From positions 96,001 to 160,000 of the forward strand of contig CAXXFV010000014.1 of assembly GCA_963674595.2 (NCBI GenBank): DNA of 64,000 nucleotides, written 5' to 3'. The notes under the pieces were generated by a model. It was not told where the DNA came from, did not search any database, and saw nothing but the letters and a program-made list of their open reading frames with translations. Positions 62,299-64,000 of this stretch are shown piece after piece. Made by a program: the position numbers and the translations under genes. Position 1 is the stretch's first letter, and each line of letters starts with the position of its first letter. This DNA is from a bacterium (GTDB lineage: Bacteria; Zhuqueibacterota; Zhuqueibacteria; Residuimicrobiales; Krinioviventaceae).

Positions 62299-63396
62299 CT
62301 AGTTTTGTTTATTTTTTGTACCAACATACATTAAAATTGTGATAATTACATATAATAACACGGTTTGTATTAAAATAGTGATGCTGCCGGCTACATTAAG
62401 ATAAGGTAAAAGAGAAGCTGCCAAACCAAAGGTAAAACAAAGAGCATATATAAAAATAACAGCCTGTATTTTAGTCATGCCAAGATTAACAAGCCTGTGT
62501 GAAAAATGACTGTGGTCACCAACATATACAGGACGTTTTTCACGGATTCGGATAATTATAACCGATATAAGATCATAAATCGGAACACTTAGAACAATGA
62601 CAGGCAACACAACCGGCAGTAATGACGAACTGGTTTTTACAACATAGGAACTGGTCAACGAAAGTGATCCCAGCATAAAACCGATAAACAGGCTTCCCGT
62701 ATCTCCCATAAACACTTTGGCAGGAGCAAAATTGTATTTTAAAAACCCGACGATTGATCCCAATAAAGCGGCAAAAAGTAATGCGGAGAAAAACTGTGAT
62801 TGGCTGGCTGTAACCCATAGAAACACGGCACTAAAAATCGCGGCAATTCCGGCAGAAAGGCCGTCCATATTGTCTAAAAAATTAAAGGCATTACAAATTG
62901 CAACAATCCAAATTACAGAAACCAGAATATTTAAAAATTCAAAGGGCATAAAATCTGTTGAGGCCCCGTTCATTGCGGCAATCACCGCTGCGACAATTTG
63001 GACGATAAATTTGATTTTTGGGGAAAAATCCAATCCTTTGACATCATCCACCAAACCAATGGCTACCAACAGTGTTCCGCCTGTCAAAATAAACAATAAT
63101 TTGGGAAGTGCTTTATGGAAAAGAGGTAACTGGTCCGGCAGAAAAGGAAAAAACTCCTGAACCTTGCCGATATGCGGCACAGCTTTTAATAAAATAATTC
63201 CAATGACGACCGTTACAATAAAACCCAGATAAATTCCCATGCCGCCTAACAATGGCGTCGCTTTGCCATGGTCTTTTCTTCCTATTGGATGATCTTGAAT
63301 GTCATACTTGACAGCAGCTTTGATGGCGATAGACACAAAAACAAGCGAAGCCAACAAAGCTGAAATAAATACAGAAAAGTATATTAATATCCTCAT
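62299..63396 (-). CDS. MraY/WecA-family polyprenyl-phosphate sugar-1-phosphate transferase
   Basis: TPLLGG, GLVDD, NAFNFLDNMDGL, FMGDTGS, HFSHRL. Confidence 0.93.
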   Translation of the reverse strand: MRILIYFSVFISALLASLVFVSIAIKAAVKYDIQDHPIGRKDHGKATPLLGGMGIYLGFIVTVVIGIILLKAVPHIGKVQEFFPFLPDQLPLFHKALPKLLFILTGGTLLVAIGLVDDVKGLDFSPKIKFIVQIVAAVIAAMNGASTDFMPFEFLNILVSVIWIVAICNAFNFLDNMDGLSAGIAAIFSAVFLWVTASQSQFFSALLFAALLGSIVGFLKYNFAPAKVFMGDTGSLFIGFMLGSLSLTSSYVVKTSSSLLPVVLPVIVLSVPIYDLISVIIIRIREKRPVYVGDHSHFSHRLVNLGMTKIQAVIFIYALCFTFGLAASLLPYLNVAGSITILIQTVLLYVIITILMYVGTKNKQN

Positions 63397-64000
63397 AAAA
63401 TACCTTTATCCTTTAACAAACTTTGGTATAATAATTTAATGTCCTTAACAAGACGTTCCGTACAATAAAAGTCTCGTACTCTGTTTCTTCCATGTTCTCC
63501 AAACTCTTTTCGTAATTTATCATCCTCGATTAATAATGTTAATTTTAAAGCAAATTCATCACAATCATTGGATGGAACAACAAAACCATTTTCACCATTT
63601 TGAATGACATCAGACACCCCGCCGACATCGGTGGAAATAACCGGTTTACCTGCGGCCATGGCTTCTATAATCGATACCGGGGTGCCTTCATTTAATGACG
63701 TCAAAGCGACGATGTCACTAATTTTGTATATTTCATCGACGTCCTTTTCCCAACCGGTAAAAATTATAAAATTTTCAAGCCCAAGTTCCTTAACTCTATT
63801 TTGTAACGGTTCAAACAATTCTCCATCACCGACAACAAGAAACTTGACAGGTATTGATTTTGTTTTAACAATTTTCGCAACAACATTAATAAACAAATCG
63901 TGGTTTTTTATTGGTACCAATCGACCGACAATACTTACAACAATTTCATCGTGTTCGAGCCCGTATTTAACTCTTAAAGATTTATCTGTTTTCACCTCTA
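63393..64000 (-). CDS. GT4 glycosyltransferase, partial (5' end lies outside the window)
   Basis: VGRLVPIKN, VGDG, TSLNEGTPVSIIEAMAAG, STDVGG. Confidence 0.9.
   Translation of the reverse strand, partial: EVKTDKSLRVKYGLEHDEIVVSIVGRLVPIKNHDLFINVVAKIVKTKSIPVKFLVVGDGELFEPLQNRVKELGLENFIIFTGWEKDVDEIYKISDIVALTSLNEGTPVSIIEAMAAGKPVISTDVGGVSDVIQNGENGFVVPSNDCDEFALKLTLLIEDDKLRKEFGEHGRNRVRDFYCTERLVKDIKLLYQSLLKDKGIL

Overview
AT-rich bacterial window, most likely from an anaerobic FCB-superphylum lineage such as KSB1 or Calditrichota. That placement is inferred from gene content (YPNPFNP-type C-terminal domains, a short SigA, a TWGxIK-tailed protein) and is not proven. The window has three blocks. (1) 1-21 kb is an accessory surface-protein island. 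It holds five same-strand secreted paralogs with unrelated N-terminal passengers and a shared ~200-aa SLPVELSSF/T9SS-type tail whose DNA is a patchwork. A thrice-repeated ~300-bp intergenic module contains a terminator, a sigma54-like box, an N8 palindrome and a gene start or its relic. The block also has an intact IS481-family element and several regulators. (2) 22-38 kb is a long minus-strand CODH/acetyl-CoA synthase cluster. AcsB is fused to AcsD, acsE is absent, and the cluster is headed by a GntR/LacI regulator and two different homocysteine methyltransferases. (3) 38-64 kb is mostly housekeeping: rmuC, sigma70, M23 peptidase, suhB, a frameshifted mutS2, rpsU, rsmE, eno, a VTE5-VTE6-like fusion and polysaccharide genes. 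No rRNA, tRNA or CRISPR array was recognised. All family calls come from motif recognition by eye; no searches were run.
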